Positions 18,664-28,896 of a stretch of 64,000 nt of DNA are shown here, piece by piece (position 1 is the first letter of the stretch; each line of letters starts with the position of its first letter). A model generated the notes under the pieces. It was given only the letters and a program-made list of their open reading frames with translations. It had not been told where the DNA came from and made no database searches. Origin of the DNA: a virus; IMG/VR virus record IMGVR_UViG_3300027710_001279, positions 9,043 to 73,042 of that record. The stretch is one strand, 5' to 3'. Both the position numbers and the translations under genes were made by a program.

Positions 18664-19319
18664 CAAAAATTGCAGTATGTCAGTTATGGGACCATAACTA
18701 CCAAGCACTAGCAGATGTAAGCTGGACACAGAATAAAAAACTATACTGTGACCATTGGGGTTATCCCTATCATGTTAAAACAGAAGGCTTTACATATTGC
18801 CCTAGCTATGAAAAAATCAAGTTCATGCTAGACATTATGAACGAACATCCAGAATATGATTGGTTGTACTGGGCAGGTGCCGATACATTGATCACTAACT
18901 TCTACATTAAGTTAGAAAGTTTTATCGATGAAGACTACCACATCGTTATGGCCAAGGACATTAACGACATTAATGCCGACAGCTTTATGTTAAAAAACAG
19001 TCCAGAAAGCAGAGCTTACTTTGCCTACTTGTGGACACAGGTTGAAAAGTATCAAACACACATGTGGTGGGAACAACAGGCTATGATTGACAGCATGCCA
19101 ACATATGGTCACTTGTTTAAGTTTGTTCCACAAAAAACATTTAATAGTTTCTTATACAAGCAACTGTATTGGAACATCTATCGCAGTGACATTGATAAAA
19201 CTGGCAACAGTGGGCAATGGACACCTGGCGATTTCTTAATTCACTTTGCAGGCAGCGGCTTGCCTAAGAAAGAATTATGCCAACAGTTCCTTGGATTAGT
19301 TAGACACATTACACCTTAA
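18660..19319 (+). CDS. Glycosyltransferase family 34-like
   Basis: WLYWAGADTLITN, WWEQQAM, GDFLIHFAG. Confidence 0.75.
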   Translation: MTKIAVCQLWDHNYQALADVSWTQNKKLYCDHWGYPYHVKTEGFTYCPSYEKIKFMLDIMNEHPEYDWLYWAGADTLITNFYIKLESFIDEDYHIVMAKDINDINADSFMLKNSPESRAYFAYLWTQVEKYQTHMWWEQQAMIDSMPTYGHLFKFVPQKTFNSFLYKQLYWNIYRSDIDKTGNSGQWTPGDFLIHFAGSGLPKKELCQQFLGLVRHITP

Positions 19320-19328
19320 GAGAGAAAA

Positions 19329-20648
19329 ATGCAAGAAATTTTAAATCTAGTAAAAAAGTATATTGAAGAAAAAGAATCAAAGAAGACCTGGGTAGCAGGA
19401 AAAGACTTTGTTAACTATGCAGGCGCTTTATATGACTCCTCAGAATACATGGCAGGCGTAGAGTCGTTGCTCAAAGGTTGGCTGGCTCTAGGCGAGTGCG
19501 GCACACGATTTGAAAAAGAATTCCCTGCACAGTTTGGTAAAAATCTAGGAGTTTTAACAAACTCTGGTTCTAGTGCTAACTTGTTAATGATGGCTTCATT
19601 GACCAGTAAACGTGGACATAACTTTCCTAAAGGTACTAAGGTGTTAATGCCCATTGCTGGCTTCCCCACAACACTCAACCCCACGCTACAAGTTGGCTTT
19701 ACTCCTGTGTTCTGTGACATTGAGATCGATACACTAAACATTGACTTAGATCATGCAGAACGTATTCTGGCAGAAGATCCAGAGATTAAAGTCATTACCT
19801 TTGCCCACGTACTTGGAAATCCTCCTAACATGGATCGTGTTATGGAATTAGTTAAAAAGTATAACCTAGTATTGCTAGAAGATTGTTGTGACGGTCTAGG
19901 TACTAATTATGATGGCAAGCCGTTAGGCAGCTTTGGATTTATGGCCAGTTGCAGTTTCTATCCTGCACACCATATGACCATGGGTGAGGGCGGCTTTGTA
20001 GCAACTAACAGCGCTAGCCAAGAAGTTATTGTACGCAGTTTCCGTGAGTGGGGACGTGGTTGCTATTGTGTAGGCCCAGAAGCCAACAAACTTAAATGCG
20101 GCACTTGTGGAAGTCGTTTCAAAGAATGGATTCCAGAACTGCCCGGCGAGATATTTGACCACAAGTATGTCTATGATGAAATTGGTTATAACTTAAAGCC
20201 TATTGAATTACAGGCTGCTATGGGTCTAGAACAGATCAAGAAGCTACCACAAATTCACGAACTGCGTCAACGCAACTATGAATTGTTGTTTAAGATCTAC
20301 GAAAAGTATGAACAGTTCTTCCATATTCCACGAGCCTGTGATAAAGCAGATGTAAGTTGGTTTGCGTTTCCTCTTACCATTAAAGAAGGTGCTCCGTTTA
20401 CTCGTGCAGACATCGTTGACTACTTGGAAGAAAACTTGATTCAAACTCGTCCGTATTTTGCTGGTAACATCATGTTGCAACCTGCTTACAGTCATTTAAT
20501 GAATCCTGCAGATGCTCGTGATCACTTTCCTGTAGCAACATATACAATGAAGAACACATTCTTCCATGGATGCAGTCCTGTTATTACTCCAGAACAGATT
20601 GCCTACATTGGCGAGAAGGTAGATGGATTTATGAGTTTGTTTATCTAA
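19329..20648 (+). CDS. rfbH: RfbH/DdhC-like NDP-4-keto-6-deoxyhexose 3-dehydrase (DegT family)
   Basis: NSGSSANL, EDCCDGLG, SFYPAHHMTMGEGG (His in place of the PLP Lys), WGRGCYC, DHKYVY. Confidence 0.9.
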   Translation: MQEILNLVKKYIEEKESKKTWVAGKDFVNYAGALYDSSEYMAGVESLLKGWLALGECGTRFEKEFPAQFGKNLGVLTNSGSSANLLMMASLTSKRGHNFPKGTKVLMPIAGFPTTLNPTLQVGFTPVFCDIEIDTLNIDLDHAERILAEDPEIKVITFAHVLGNPPNMDRVMELVKKYNLVLLEDCCDGLGTNYDGKPLGSFGFMASCSFYPAHHMTMGEGGFVATNSASQEVIVRSFREWGRGCYCVGPEANKLKCGTCGSRFKEWIPELPGEIFDHKYVYDEIGYNLKPIELQAAMGLEQIKKLPQIHELRQRNYELLFKIYEKYEQFFHIPRACDKADVSWFAFPLTIKEGAPFTRADIVDYLEENLIQTRPYFAGNIMLQPAYSHLMNPADARDHFPVATYTMKNTFFHGCSPVITPEQIAYIGEKVDGFMSLFI

Positions 20649-20649
20649 G

Positions 20650-21468
20650 ATGAAAATATTTTTAACCGGAACTCAAGGCTTTATAGGACATAACCTATTA
20701 GAGTTTTATCACGGCTATGAAATATTCGAACATCGTAGATACATGGACATCGGTGCTAAGTTAGAATATTTTAAACCAGATCTAATTATACACTGTGCTG
20801 CCGAAATATATAAACCAGATGAGATGTGGAAGTCTAATATGGTCATGCTCTATGATATCTTAGACTATGTTAAAACTAATCCTAACACTAAGTTAATACA
20901 TATTGGATCAAGTTCGGAATACGGGCCTGTTCCAAGAGCAGCCGCTGAAACAGATAGGATTAATCCCATAGATATGTATCAGGCAACCAAAGGTGCAGGT
21001 ACATTGTTATGCCAAGGTTATGCTAGACAATACAAACTTGACATTGCTGTTGCAAGAGCGTATAGTGTATATGGTAAGTATGAAAAGCCGCATAGACTAT
21101 TTCCAAGACTTTGGAGAGCGTTCCAACTTGATCAACCTATGAAATTATTTCATGGATATCACGACTTCATTTATATCGATGACTTTGTTAGAGGCATTGA
21201 TACTATAAGACAGGCAGATAAACCTCTAGGTGATATTATAAATCTTGGATCAGGTATTCAATATAGTAATCAAGAAGTGTTAGAACTATTTGAAAAGGTA
21301 GCAGGAAAGCGAGCACCGGTTGAAGTAGTTCCAGCAATGGCTAAAGAATTTGAAAGTGAAGTATGGTTGTGCGATACAACTTACGCAAAAGAAAAATATA
21401 ACTTTGAAACAGTTTATACTTTAGAACAAGGTATTAGAGATTTCTTAAAGACTGCAAACTATAATTAG
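20650..21468 (+). CDS. NAD-dependent epimerase/dehydratase
   Basis: TGTQGFIG, GSSSEYG, YQATK. Confidence 0.88.
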   Translation: MKIFLTGTQGFIGHNLLEFYHGYEIFEHRRYMDIGAKLEYFKPDLIIHCAAEIYKPDEMWKSNMVMLYDILDYVKTNPNTKLIHIGSSSEYGPVPRAAAETDRINPIDMYQATKGAGTLLCQGYARQYKLDIAVARAYSVYGKYEKPHRLFPRLWRAFQLDQPMKLFHGYHDFIYIDDFVRGIDTIRQADKPLGDIINLGSGIQYSNQEVLELFEKVAGKRAPVEVVPAMAKEFESEVWLCDTTYAKEKYNFETVYTLEQGIRDFLKTANYN

Positions 21469-21475
21469 GAAAATT

Positions 21476-22195
21476 ATGACATTACAACGACAACTACTAA
21501 CCAGTAAACACACTACAATTGATATTGTTAGTGAAGATGAATCTGCTCAAGCACACTTTGATAACAGAGCAAACTTTGCTGACATTGTATTAAATCAAAT
21601 TAACACAGATCGATTCTATGACGATATACTCGATGGAGAAGATGATCTTACAATTTTAGACGTCGGCGGCAACATAGGATTGTTTAGCTTGTATGCTCAT
21701 GATAAGTCTAAGGCAATTTATCCTGTTGAACCAACACCAGGACACTTTCATATCCTCAAAGACTTAACTAAAAATTATCCTAACATTCATCCTGTTAATG
21801 TTGCGCTACACAATGAAGATACTACCATTGATTTTTATATCAGTGAAGAAAACTCTACAATGAACAGTAGCGTTAACAAGTATGGTACCAAAGTAGAAGT
21901 ACAGGCTCGCACACTAGCAAGTCTAATCAAAGAACTTGATCTAGAACATGTAGACTTTGTCAAGTGTGATATCGAAGGCAGTGAAATGGCTGCGCTAACT
22001 GATGAAACTGTAGGTGCAGTTAAAGATATTGTTGATGCTTGGTTTATCGAAGTACATGCCACAGACAACGAAACATTGAGAGGTATCGATAGCCTACGTC
22101 ACAATAGAGGACAGTTAATTGAAATCTTTGAAAGACAAGGGTATGCCGCCCAAATCTTAAGAGAAGATTCACTTTACATTTACAAAGATGAGTAA
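21476..22195 (+). CDS. FkbM-family methyltransferase
   Basis: LDVGGNIGLFS, VKCDIEGSE. Confidence 0.88.
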   Translation: MTLQRQLLTSKHTTIDIVSEDESAQAHFDNRANFADIVLNQINTDRFYDDILDGEDDLTILDVGGNIGLFSLYAHDKSKAIYPVEPTPGHFHILKDLTKNYPNIHPVNVALHNEDTTIDFYISEENSTMNSSVNKYGTKVEVQARTLASLIKELDLEHVDFVKCDIEGSEMAALTDETVGAVKDIVDAWFIEVHATDNETLRGIDSLRHNRGQLIEIFERQGYAAQILREDSLYIYKDE

Positions 22196-22793
22196 TTTAG
22201 TTAAACGTATTCTAGATATAAGCTATCAAGAAAAGCTGAGCCATCTAAGCTCTTGCCTTTCTGCGTTGCCTATTGTAGAAGAAATATACGAAAAGAAAAA
22301 AGAAGATGAAGTGTTTATCCTAAGTAATGGACATGCCGGGCTTGCACTATACGTAGTATTAGAAAAAAAATATGGTGTAGACCCTGTAATGCTTTTACAT
22401 AAACACGGTATTCATCCTAGCAAAGATTTAGAAAACAAACTATACTGTAGTACAGGTAGTTTAGGTAGCGGTCTACCTATCGCTGTTGGACATGCTCTAG
22501 CAGATAGAACAAAGAACGTTTACTGTATGATCAGTGACGGCGAATGTGCAGAAGGCAGTATTTGGGAAAGCCTGCGTTTTATCCACACAGCTAAGTTAGA
22601 TAACCTTCATGTCTATGCTAACATTAACGGAATGAGTGCTTACGAATATTTAGATGTAACTTATTTGGTAGAACGATTAAAGACATTCTTACCTAGAATT
22701 AATTTAAGAATATCCGAGCCTGCTGAATTTAGCTTTGCTAAAGGATTGTTAACTCATTATTATGTTATGAAAGGTGAGGACTACACGCCATGA
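22188..22793 (+). CDS. Transketolase-like, N-terminal TPP-binding subunit
   Basis: LSNGHAG, STGSLGSGL, SDGECAEGSIWE. Confidence 0.88.
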   Translation: MSNLVKRILDISYQEKLSHLSSCLSALPIVEEIYEKKKEDEVFILSNGHAGLALYVVLEKKYGVDPVMLLHKHGIHPSKDLENKLYCSTGSLGSGLPIAVGHALADRTKNVYCMISDGECAEGSIWESLRFIHTAKLDNLHVYANINGMSAYEYLDVTYLVERLKTFLPRINLRISEPAEFSFAKGLLTHYYVMKGEDYTP

Positions 22794-23272
22794 GAAAAGA
22801 ATGTATGAATCTGCTTCTTGCAGAAATGGTAGACAATGAGGATATCATCGTGTTAACTGCTGATCTAGGCTTTGGATTGTTAGATCAAATACAAAATACC
22901 TTTCCGGAACGTTTTCATAACGTAGGAGCCGCAGAGCAACTTATGATTGGGGCAGGAATTGGACTTGCAGAAGCAGGTAAGATTCCTGTATGCTATAGTA
23001 TGAGTTCGTTCCTATTGTATCGACCTTTTGAATTTTTGCGTAACTATGTTAATGCTGAATGTGTTCCTGTTAAACTAATTGGTAGTGGTAGAGATAAAGA
23101 TTATAGTCATGATGGACTAAGTCATTGGGCACATGATGATGAGCAGGTATTATCAGCGTTGCCTAACATTAAAATTTACAAACCAGAAAGTATCGAAGAG
23201 TTGGAACGTATCTGGCCAGACTTCATTAATAGTCTCGAACCTGCTTACTTAAACTTAACAAGAAAGATTTAA
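22790..23272 (+). CDS. Transketolase-like, pyrimidine-binding subunit
   Basis: LTADLGFG, NVGAAEQ, DGLSHWA. Confidence 0.88.
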   Translation: MRKECMNLLLAEMVDNEDIIVLTADLGFGLLDQIQNTFPERFHNVGAAEQLMIGAGIGLAEAGKIPVCYSMSSFLLYRPFEFLRNYVNAECVPVKLIGSGRDKDYSHDGLSHWAHDDEQVLSALPNIKIYKPESIEELERIWPDFINSLEPAYLNLTRKI

Positions 23273-23273
23273 A

Positions 23274-23936
23274 ATGTACGCTGTTATATCAATGCACACT
23301 CCAGACTATCAGCCATTGGCAGACTATACCTGGACTAAGAACAAATTAGAGTATACAGAACGGCACGGCTATGCCGCACACTGTAAAACTGATGATTTCA
23401 GACTGCCTAAAAATCAAGTAGGTGGAGAGAAGTTGCGTCTGTTCCGTGAATACTTTGATTCTAATCCCGGAGTAGAATGGATTTGGTGGTTAGAGACTGA
23501 TACTCTAATCACAAACTTCAATACTAAAATTGAAGATCTAATCGATAACAACTACCACTTTATTATTGGGACTGATGGCAACGGATTAAATGCAGGCAGT
23601 TTCTTTTTGCGTAATAGTCCAGAAGGTAACGCATATCTTAATTGGTTAATTTCTGTATGGCCTAAATATCAGAATCATCATTTCTATGAGCAGCAGGCTA
23701 TGATTGATAGCACAAGCATGCCTGAGTGGTCGCCTATTATCAAAGTAGAGCCACAGTATAAATTCAATGCACACGACTGCTGGCCCAATCAATGGCAACC
23801 AGGATTTGGTGTAGACAAGCTAGGAGAACGTGCTTGGTGGGAACCAGGAGATACCGTTGTACACTGGCCTGGTTCAAGTTTGCAAACAAGACTAGGAAGA
23901 CAGATCCCTTACTATATGCCCAAGGTGGTTAGATGA
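23274..23936 (+). CDS. Glycosyltransferase family 34-like
   Basis: WIWWLETDTLITN, LNAGSFFLRN, YEQQAM, VVHWPG; paralog of 18660..19319. Confidence 0.78.
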   Translation: MYAVISMHTPDYQPLADYTWTKNKLEYTERHGYAAHCKTDDFRLPKNQVGGEKLRLFREYFDSNPGVEWIWWLETDTLITNFNTKIEDLIDNNYHFIIGTDGNGLNAGSFFLRNSPEGNAYLNWLISVWPKYQNHHFYEQQAMIDSTSMPEWSPIIKVEPQYKFNAHDCWPNQWQPGFGVDKLGERAWWEPGDTVVHWPGSSLQTRLGRQIPYYMPKVVR

Positions 23937-24805
23937 GAAAAGTCTACGATTGTTTTACATTCTTTAATGAACTTGATCTTTTAGAACTTCGATTAAGTGA
24001 ATGTTATGATAGTGCAGATTATTTTGTAATTGCAGAAGCTAATAAAACATTCTCCGGTAACAACAAAAGATTTATCCTAGAAGATAATTGGGATAGATAC
24101 AAGGCATTCCACGATAAGATCATTTACATTAAAGTTGATGATATGCCCGAAGGTCCTAATGCATGGGCAAGAGAATACCATCAGCGCAATGCATTGATTC
24201 GCGGATTAGGCAATGCGGCAGACAATGATGTTGTAGCATTAACAGACTGCGATGAAGTATTACGTCCAAGAACGTTAAACATTCTACGCAACGATACAGA
24301 GCATTCAATTTGGATCTGTCGTCATCCTATGTTTTATTTTAAACTAAACTACTTAATGACACAACCTAAATCGTATCATGTTAATCCCATGGCAGTTCTT
24401 AAAAAGAATTTAACTGGTTTTCAGAATTTGCGTAATCATATGGTAGGTTGGGCATACCAACAACCGGATGATTACAACACCAACGAAGTTTGTACCATTC
24501 AGCACAGTGGTTGGCATTTTACCTATCTAGGCGATACTAAACATGCCGCAACTAAGTTGCTTAACTTTGCACACACAGAATCACAACACTGGGCCAGTAA
24601 GATTGATATCAATGAGATTATGACACGCAAAGGCGGCATTGATCCAAATAGCCCAGAAAGATTTGAATACATAGAATTAGATGAATACTTTCCAAAGACT
24701 GTATTAAACAATTTAGATCGTTGGAAAGATTACATCATCACAAATCCTGCAGTTAGCATTAAGAACTATGTGCCTTCTCTAAACTTAGATGAAATTTACA
24801 AATGA
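23933..24805 (+). CDS. Glycosyltransferase family 17
   Basis: YDCFTFFNELDLLELRL, EYHQRN, TDCDE, GWHFTY. Confidence 0.88.
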   Translation: MRKVYDCFTFFNELDLLELRLSECYDSADYFVIAEANKTFSGNNKRFILEDNWDRYKAFHDKIIYIKVDDMPEGPNAWAREYHQRNALIRGLGNAADNDVVALTDCDEVLRPRTLNILRNDTEHSIWICRHPMFYFKLNYLMTQPKSYHVNPMAVLKKNLTGFQNLRNHMVGWAYQQPDDYNTNEVCTIQHSGWHFTYLGDTKHAATKLLNFAHTESQHWASKIDINEIMTRKGGIDPNSPERFEYIELDEYFPKTVLNNLDRWKDYIITNPAVSIKNYVPSLNLDEIYK

Positions 24806-25602
24806 AAATATTAATAACCGGTGCTAGGGGATTTGTTGGAAGTTTCATTGCTAGGCATCTAGCAGAAAAACATACACTATTAACTCCTACAAGACAAGAG
24901 TTAGATCTTACAAACTTAGAACAGGTAGAGGATTGGTTCAGCAACAACGAAGTCGATGTAGTTGTGCATTGTGCGTTGAGTGGGCGCGAAGTTTTGTCTA
25001 GCACCGAACCACAATATCTAAGTGATGGTTTGTTGATGTTCCGTAATCTTTGGTTGCAAAAACCCAGATATAAAAGATTTGTACACTTGGGCACAGCCTA
25101 CGAATTTGATCTAACTAAAAATAACAACAATGTATTAGAACATGAGTTTGTTCATCACATACCAAGAACAAGTTACGGTTATGCTAAAAACATTGCGGCA
25201 AGGATTATACGAGATACACCAGGCTTTTATAACTTAAAGTTATTTGGAGTGTTTCACGAAACTGAAAGTTCTAACAGATTCTTTCAAAGGGTAAAACAAC
25301 AGGATGAAGTTATAATCAACAACGACATTTATTTGGATTACATTTATCTGCCTGACATACTACCCATGCTTGAACGCATGGTAGAAGGACACAGCCAACA
25401 TTCCGATGTTAACATGGTATACACCCATAAATATCGACTAAGTGAGATGGCAGAAATATTGTGCAACAATTTAGGTTTGCCACTAACAAAGATTAAAATT
25501 AAAAATTCAGCAGGCAATAATTTAACAGGAGACAGCGTAGTGTTGTCTAGTTATAATTTTAAACTAGTTGGATTAGAACAAGGACTAAGGAATTATAAAT
25601 GA
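24802..25602 (+). CDS. NAD-dependent epimerase/dehydratase
   Basis: TGARGFVG, YGYAK. Confidence 0.85.
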   Translation: MKILITGARGFVGSFIARHLAEKHTLLTPTRQELDLTNLEQVEDWFSNNEVDVVVHCALSGREVLSSTEPQYLSDGLLMFRNLWLQKPRYKRFVHLGTAYEFDLTKNNNNVLEHEFVHHIPRTSYGYAKNIAARIIRDTPGFYNLKLFGVFHETESSNRFFQRVKQQDEVIINNDIYLDYIYLPDILPMLERMVEGHSQHSDVNMVYTHKYRLSEMAEILCNNLGLPLTKIKIKNSAGNNLTGDSVVLSSYNFKLVGLEQGLRNYK

Positions 25603-26537
25603 AAGTTGTTTACGTTACCGGTTGTTTAGGTTTTATTGGTTACCATGTAACTAAAAAATGTCTAGACAAAGGTTGGTATGTCATAGGCGTCGACAAGGAA
25701 ACCTATGCTGCCAATCTACAGTTCTTACCAGAACTACAGGCCTACCCAAAATTTAAATATATTAAACAAGACATTCGTGACATCACATATTTGTTAGACT
25801 GTGATTATGTTATCAATACTGCCGCAGAAAGTCACGTTGACAATTCAATTGTTGGCAGTGAAGTATTCTTAAACAGTAACATCTACGGTGTTCATAATCT
25901 TTTACAAAACTTACAAAAGAATAAGTTCAAGGTTCCTACACTACTGCATTTTTCAACTGATGAAGTCTACGGTGATATTGTAGAAGGCAGTCACACTGAA
26001 ACAGATATCCTAAAGCCTAGTAACCCATACTCTGCAACCAAAGCGGCTGCTGACATGTTGATCAGTGCTTGGGCTCGTACACATAACATTCCCTGGGTTA
26101 TTGTACGCCCTACTAATAACTACGGCATTGGACAGTATGTTGAGAAGCTAATCCCCAAGGCTGTCAAATACTTGAGCATTGGTCGCAAGATTCCCCTGCA
26201 CGAAAACGGCACTCCCAGACGCACATGGTTGCATGTTAGTGACACAGCAAACGCTATCATCCATATTGTTGAAAGCGGAGTAACTGGTGAGATCTTTAAC
26301 ATCAGCGGTAACAGCGAAGACAGCAATATCAATATTGCTAAAAAGATTATTAAACAAGTCACTGGCACTGAAAACTATGATGACCATATTGACTTCAGTT
26401 GGGGACGTAAAGGACAAGATGTCCGTTACAGCATCGACGACAGTAAACTACAGGCATTAGGTTGGAAGGCACAGGCTAACTTTGATGAAGAACTGGCTAA
26501 AATTGTAGACTATTATAAAAATAACTTTGTTTGGTAA
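25599..26537 (+). CDS. rfbB: dTDP-glucose 4,6-dehydratase
   Basis: AAESHVDNSI, STDEVYG, PSNPYSATK, NNYG..QYVEKLIP. Confidence 0.93.
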   Translation: MKVVYVTGCLGFIGYHVTKKCLDKGWYVIGVDKETYAANLQFLPELQAYPKFKYIKQDIRDITYLLDCDYVINTAAESHVDNSIVGSEVFLNSNIYGVHNLLQNLQKNKFKVPTLLHFSTDEVYGDIVEGSHTETDILKPSNPYSATKAAADMLISAWARTHNIPWVIVRPTNNYGIGQYVEKLIPKAVKYLSIGRKIPLHENGTPRRTWLHVSDTANAIIHIVESGVTGEIFNISGNSEDSNINIAKKIIKQVTGTENYDDHIDFSWGRKGQDVRYSIDDSKLQALGWKAQANFDEELAKIVDYYKNNFVW

Positions 26538-26540
26538 AAT

Positions 26541-27242
26541 ATGAAAAAGAACCTTTTAATTATCCCTGCGGGACCTAATGCACTATTTCAACAGTGGAGC
26601 GACTATTCAAACTGTAATTTTGATCTAGTAGTTCTTAATTGGAGTTCTGCTCCACTGACTAACTTAGAACATGCTGCCTTTGTAGAAACTACTCCAGGAC
26701 AGAAGTGGAAAATTGTTGCAGACTTTGCCAGCAAGCAAGATTTAAGTCGTTACGAATACATTTGGATACTAGACGACGATTGCCTAACTACTCCAGAAGG
26801 TGTTGAAGCTACATTTAATTTCTGCAAGGAAAACAATTTGGATATGGCGCAACCAGCACTAACCCCGGACAGCTCCCGCACTCATCCTAGCACATTTTTA
26901 ATTCCCGGTGCAAAGATGCATATTACTGACACAGTAGAAATTATGGCACCTATCTTTAGTAAGGCAGCTTGGCCAGTATGTTCAGAACACTTTGGCAAGA
27001 TGCCAGCTGGTGTAGGTTACGGTCTTGAAGGATATTGGGCAGGTGTTCTTGACAGTAAATCAGGTACAACTAAGTTTGGTGGACAAGTAGCTGTCATTGA
27101 CTTATATCCAGTAAAGCATACAAAGACAGTAACTGGACCTGCTGAATACGCAAGAATGGGCATTAACCCAGATGATGACGGACACTACTTTGCTAATCTC
27201 GGGCACGGTTGGACATTTAACACTATTGAAGTCATAATGTGA
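26541..27242 (+). CDS. DUF707-like putative glycosyltransferase
   Basis: YEYIWILDDD, LDMAQPAL, VEIMAPIFS. Confidence 0.75.
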   Translation: MKKNLLIIPAGPNALFQQWSDYSNCNFDLVVLNWSSAPLTNLEHAAFVETTPGQKWKIVADFASKQDLSRYEYIWILDDDCLTTPEGVEATFNFCKENNLDMAQPALTPDSSRTHPSTFLIPGAKMHITDTVEIMAPIFSKAAWPVCSEHFGKMPAGVGYGLEGYWAGVLDSKSGTTKFGGQVAVIDLYPVKHTKTVTGPAEYARMGINPDDDGHYFANLGHGWTFNTIEVIM

Positions 27243-27724
27243 TTGCAATAACAGGCCATACTCAAGGCATAGGAAAATGTGCCTTTGAAAGATTGAGTCC
27301 TAACATAATAGGTTTTAGCAAGTCTACCGGATATGACATTACTAATTTTTTTGATCGTAAACGGATCATAGATGAATCTGTAAACTGTGATATCTTTATA
27401 AACAATGCTACAGCAGAGTTTGGTCAAACATTATTGTTTTTAGAATTGTTTGATGCATGGAAACATACTAATAAAACTATTATCAATGTTGGTAGTAGAA
27501 TTGCAGAAGTATTAGTATTACCAAATACTCATCAACACTTATTAAAGTATCAAGCTGAAAAACTTATTTTAAAAGAAATGAGCAATAGAGTAGTCGGGTT
27601 GTGTAAAGTTAAATATAAATGGTTTGGTTATGTAGGTACAGAAAAGATACTAAAAAAATATCCGCATTTTACAGAACAAGATTACATCACAGAAGATCAA
27701 GCAGTTAACATAATACTTTCATGA
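27239..27724 (+). CDS. Short SDR-like oxidoreductase
   Basis: ITGHTQGIG, DIFINNA, IINVGS, YQAEK. Confidence 0.7.
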   Translation: MIAITGHTQGIGKCAFERLSPNIIGFSKSTGYDITNFFDRKRIIDESVNCDIFINNATAEFGQTLLFLELFDAWKHTNKTIINVGSRIAEVLVLPNTHQHLLKYQAEKLILKEMSNRVVGLCKVKYKWFGYVGTEKILKKYPHFTEQDYITEDQAVNIILS

Positions 27725-28206
27725 TAAAAAAAGTAATAGATACTATCAACGTTGATCCTATTTTAGATAGTTTTTTTAAACTTAATAAAGATATAGTATG
27801 GACAATTTATCCGCAAGGACAGCAAGTTGGATTACAATATAAACCAAACGAAGACCATTGGTCAAGTGCAGTAGGAAAAAGTCAAGGTAAAGAACTAGAA
27901 TACACTGAATTAAATCCTTTCTTTAAAGATACAATATTCGAAACTATTATTAACCAATATAATTTAAAAAGAACTAGATTAATGTGGGTTAATCCAAAAT
28001 CATGTTATAGCTTACACCAAGATGAAACTCCAAGGATTCATATTCCATTGATTACAAACTCCGAATGTTATTTTTTATTCCCACCCGGAATGATGTTTTG
28101 CTTAGATGTAAATTCAGTATGGTGGGTAAATACAAAATTAAAACATACATTCTTAAATTGTTCAGAAGAACCAAGATTACATCTTGTTGGAGTAATTGAA
28201 AAATAA
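27721..28206 (+). CDS. Asp/Asn beta-hydroxylase-like Fe(II) oxygenase
   Basis: YSLHQD, RIHIPLITN, KHTFLN, PRLHLV. Confidence 0.75.
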   Translation: MIKKVIDTINVDPILDSFFKLNKDIVWTIYPQGQQVGLQYKPNEDHWSSAVGKSQGKELEYTELNPFFKDTIFETIINQYNLKRTRLMWVNPKSCYSLHQDETPRIHIPLITNSECYFLFPPGMMFCLDVNSVWWVNTKLKHTFLNCSEEPRLHLVGVIEK

Positions 28207-28213
28207 CCCAAAT

Positions 28214-28233
28214 GTGTTGTAAAAATACAACAC
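28214..28233. promoter_or_regulatory. Palindromic operator-like site upstream of a sigma70 promoter
   Basis: GTGTTGTA-AAAA-TACAACAC; core repeated at 28763-28778. Confidence 0.5.
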
Positions 28234-28242
28234 TAAAAGAGG

Positions 28243-28271
28243 TTGACAAGTTGGTAAAACCGTGTTATAAT
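28243..28271 (+). promoter_or_regulatory. Consensus sigma70 promoter
   Basis: TTGACA-17-TATAAT; spacer shares TGGTAAAACCGTGT with the promoter at 33871. Confidence 0.85.
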
Positions 28272-28280
28272 ATATGTAAC

Positions 28281-28466
28281 ATGATTAATATACACCCAAC
28301 ACTTAACCCACTTGAAGTTATCCTTGTCGAAGAGGATATGGCTAAAAAGGGGATTACACACTATACAATGACACAGGGCAACGACTGCATCTGGGTCTAC
28401 TATGGTCCAATGAACCTCTATTATATATTTAAAGAAGGACGTATTCATGACATCCAAATTGATTAA
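28281..28466 (+). CDS. Hypothetical phage protein
   Basis: ATG directly after the promoter. Confidence 0.6.
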   Translation: MINIHPTLNPLEVILVEEDMAKKGITHYTMTQGNDCIWVYYGPMNLYYIFKEGRIHDIQID

Positions 28467-28656
28467 AGTTATGCAAGAGACCACAGAGTGGTCCGATGGT
28501 GGCTCCAATCACACGTATATATTTAAAGATAAGCCCACAGGTCGTAGTGCCGCGGCCATTGCCTACATACCGGCAGGTTCTAAGATAGTGCAACGTTTCA
28601 AGAAGCCTATTAACTTAGACCTTAAGGGCAGGACGTTTGTAGAGTTGACAGACTGA
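28447..28656 (+). CDS. Hypothetical phage protein
   Basis: ORF track; overlaps the previous gene. Confidence 0.6.
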   Translation: MTSKLIKVMQETTEWSDGGSNHTYIFKDKPTGRSAAAIAYIPAGSKIVQRFKKPINLDLKGRTFVELTD

Positions 28657-28673
28657 TAATTTTCTAGTATAAT
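28645..28673 (+). promoter_or_regulatory. Consensus sigma70 promoter for tRNA-Arg
   Basis: TTGACA-17-TATAAT, 7 nt before the tRNA. Confidence 0.8.
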
Positions 28674-28680
28674 AAGACAA

Positions 28681-28757
28681 CTGACTGTAGCTCAACTGGA
28701 TAGAGCAACAGCCTTCTAAGCTGTAGGTCGGGGGTTCGAGTCCCTCCAGTCAGGCCA
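28681..28757 (+). tRNA. tRNA-Arg(TCT)
   Basis: Cloverleaf; ACAGC-CT-TCT-AA-GCTGT; CCA encoded. Confidence 0.95.
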
Positions 28758-28809
28758 AATTCGTTGTAAAAATACAACAAAAATAATTTGCCAAAAATGC
28801 AAAAAGTGG

Positions 28810-28838
28810 TTGACAACGAGACTAAATAAATGTATAAT
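28810..28838 (+). promoter_or_regulatory. Consensus sigma70 promoter of the leader/tRNA operon
   Basis: TTGACA-17-TATAAT with CTAAATA in the spacer. Confidence 0.85.
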
Positions 28839-28896
28839 TAACACATAGACAGCAATGATGCTGTTTATGGAAACAAAAGGTTTTAAGAGAAATAAA

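Noticed and set aside
28855-28896. Longer 62-aa start of the leader ORF
   Set aside because: ATG 28855 is very close to the predicted TSS and has no SD, while ATG 28897 has an AAGAGA SD-like sequence. The longer start is not excluded and would not change the attenuator model.
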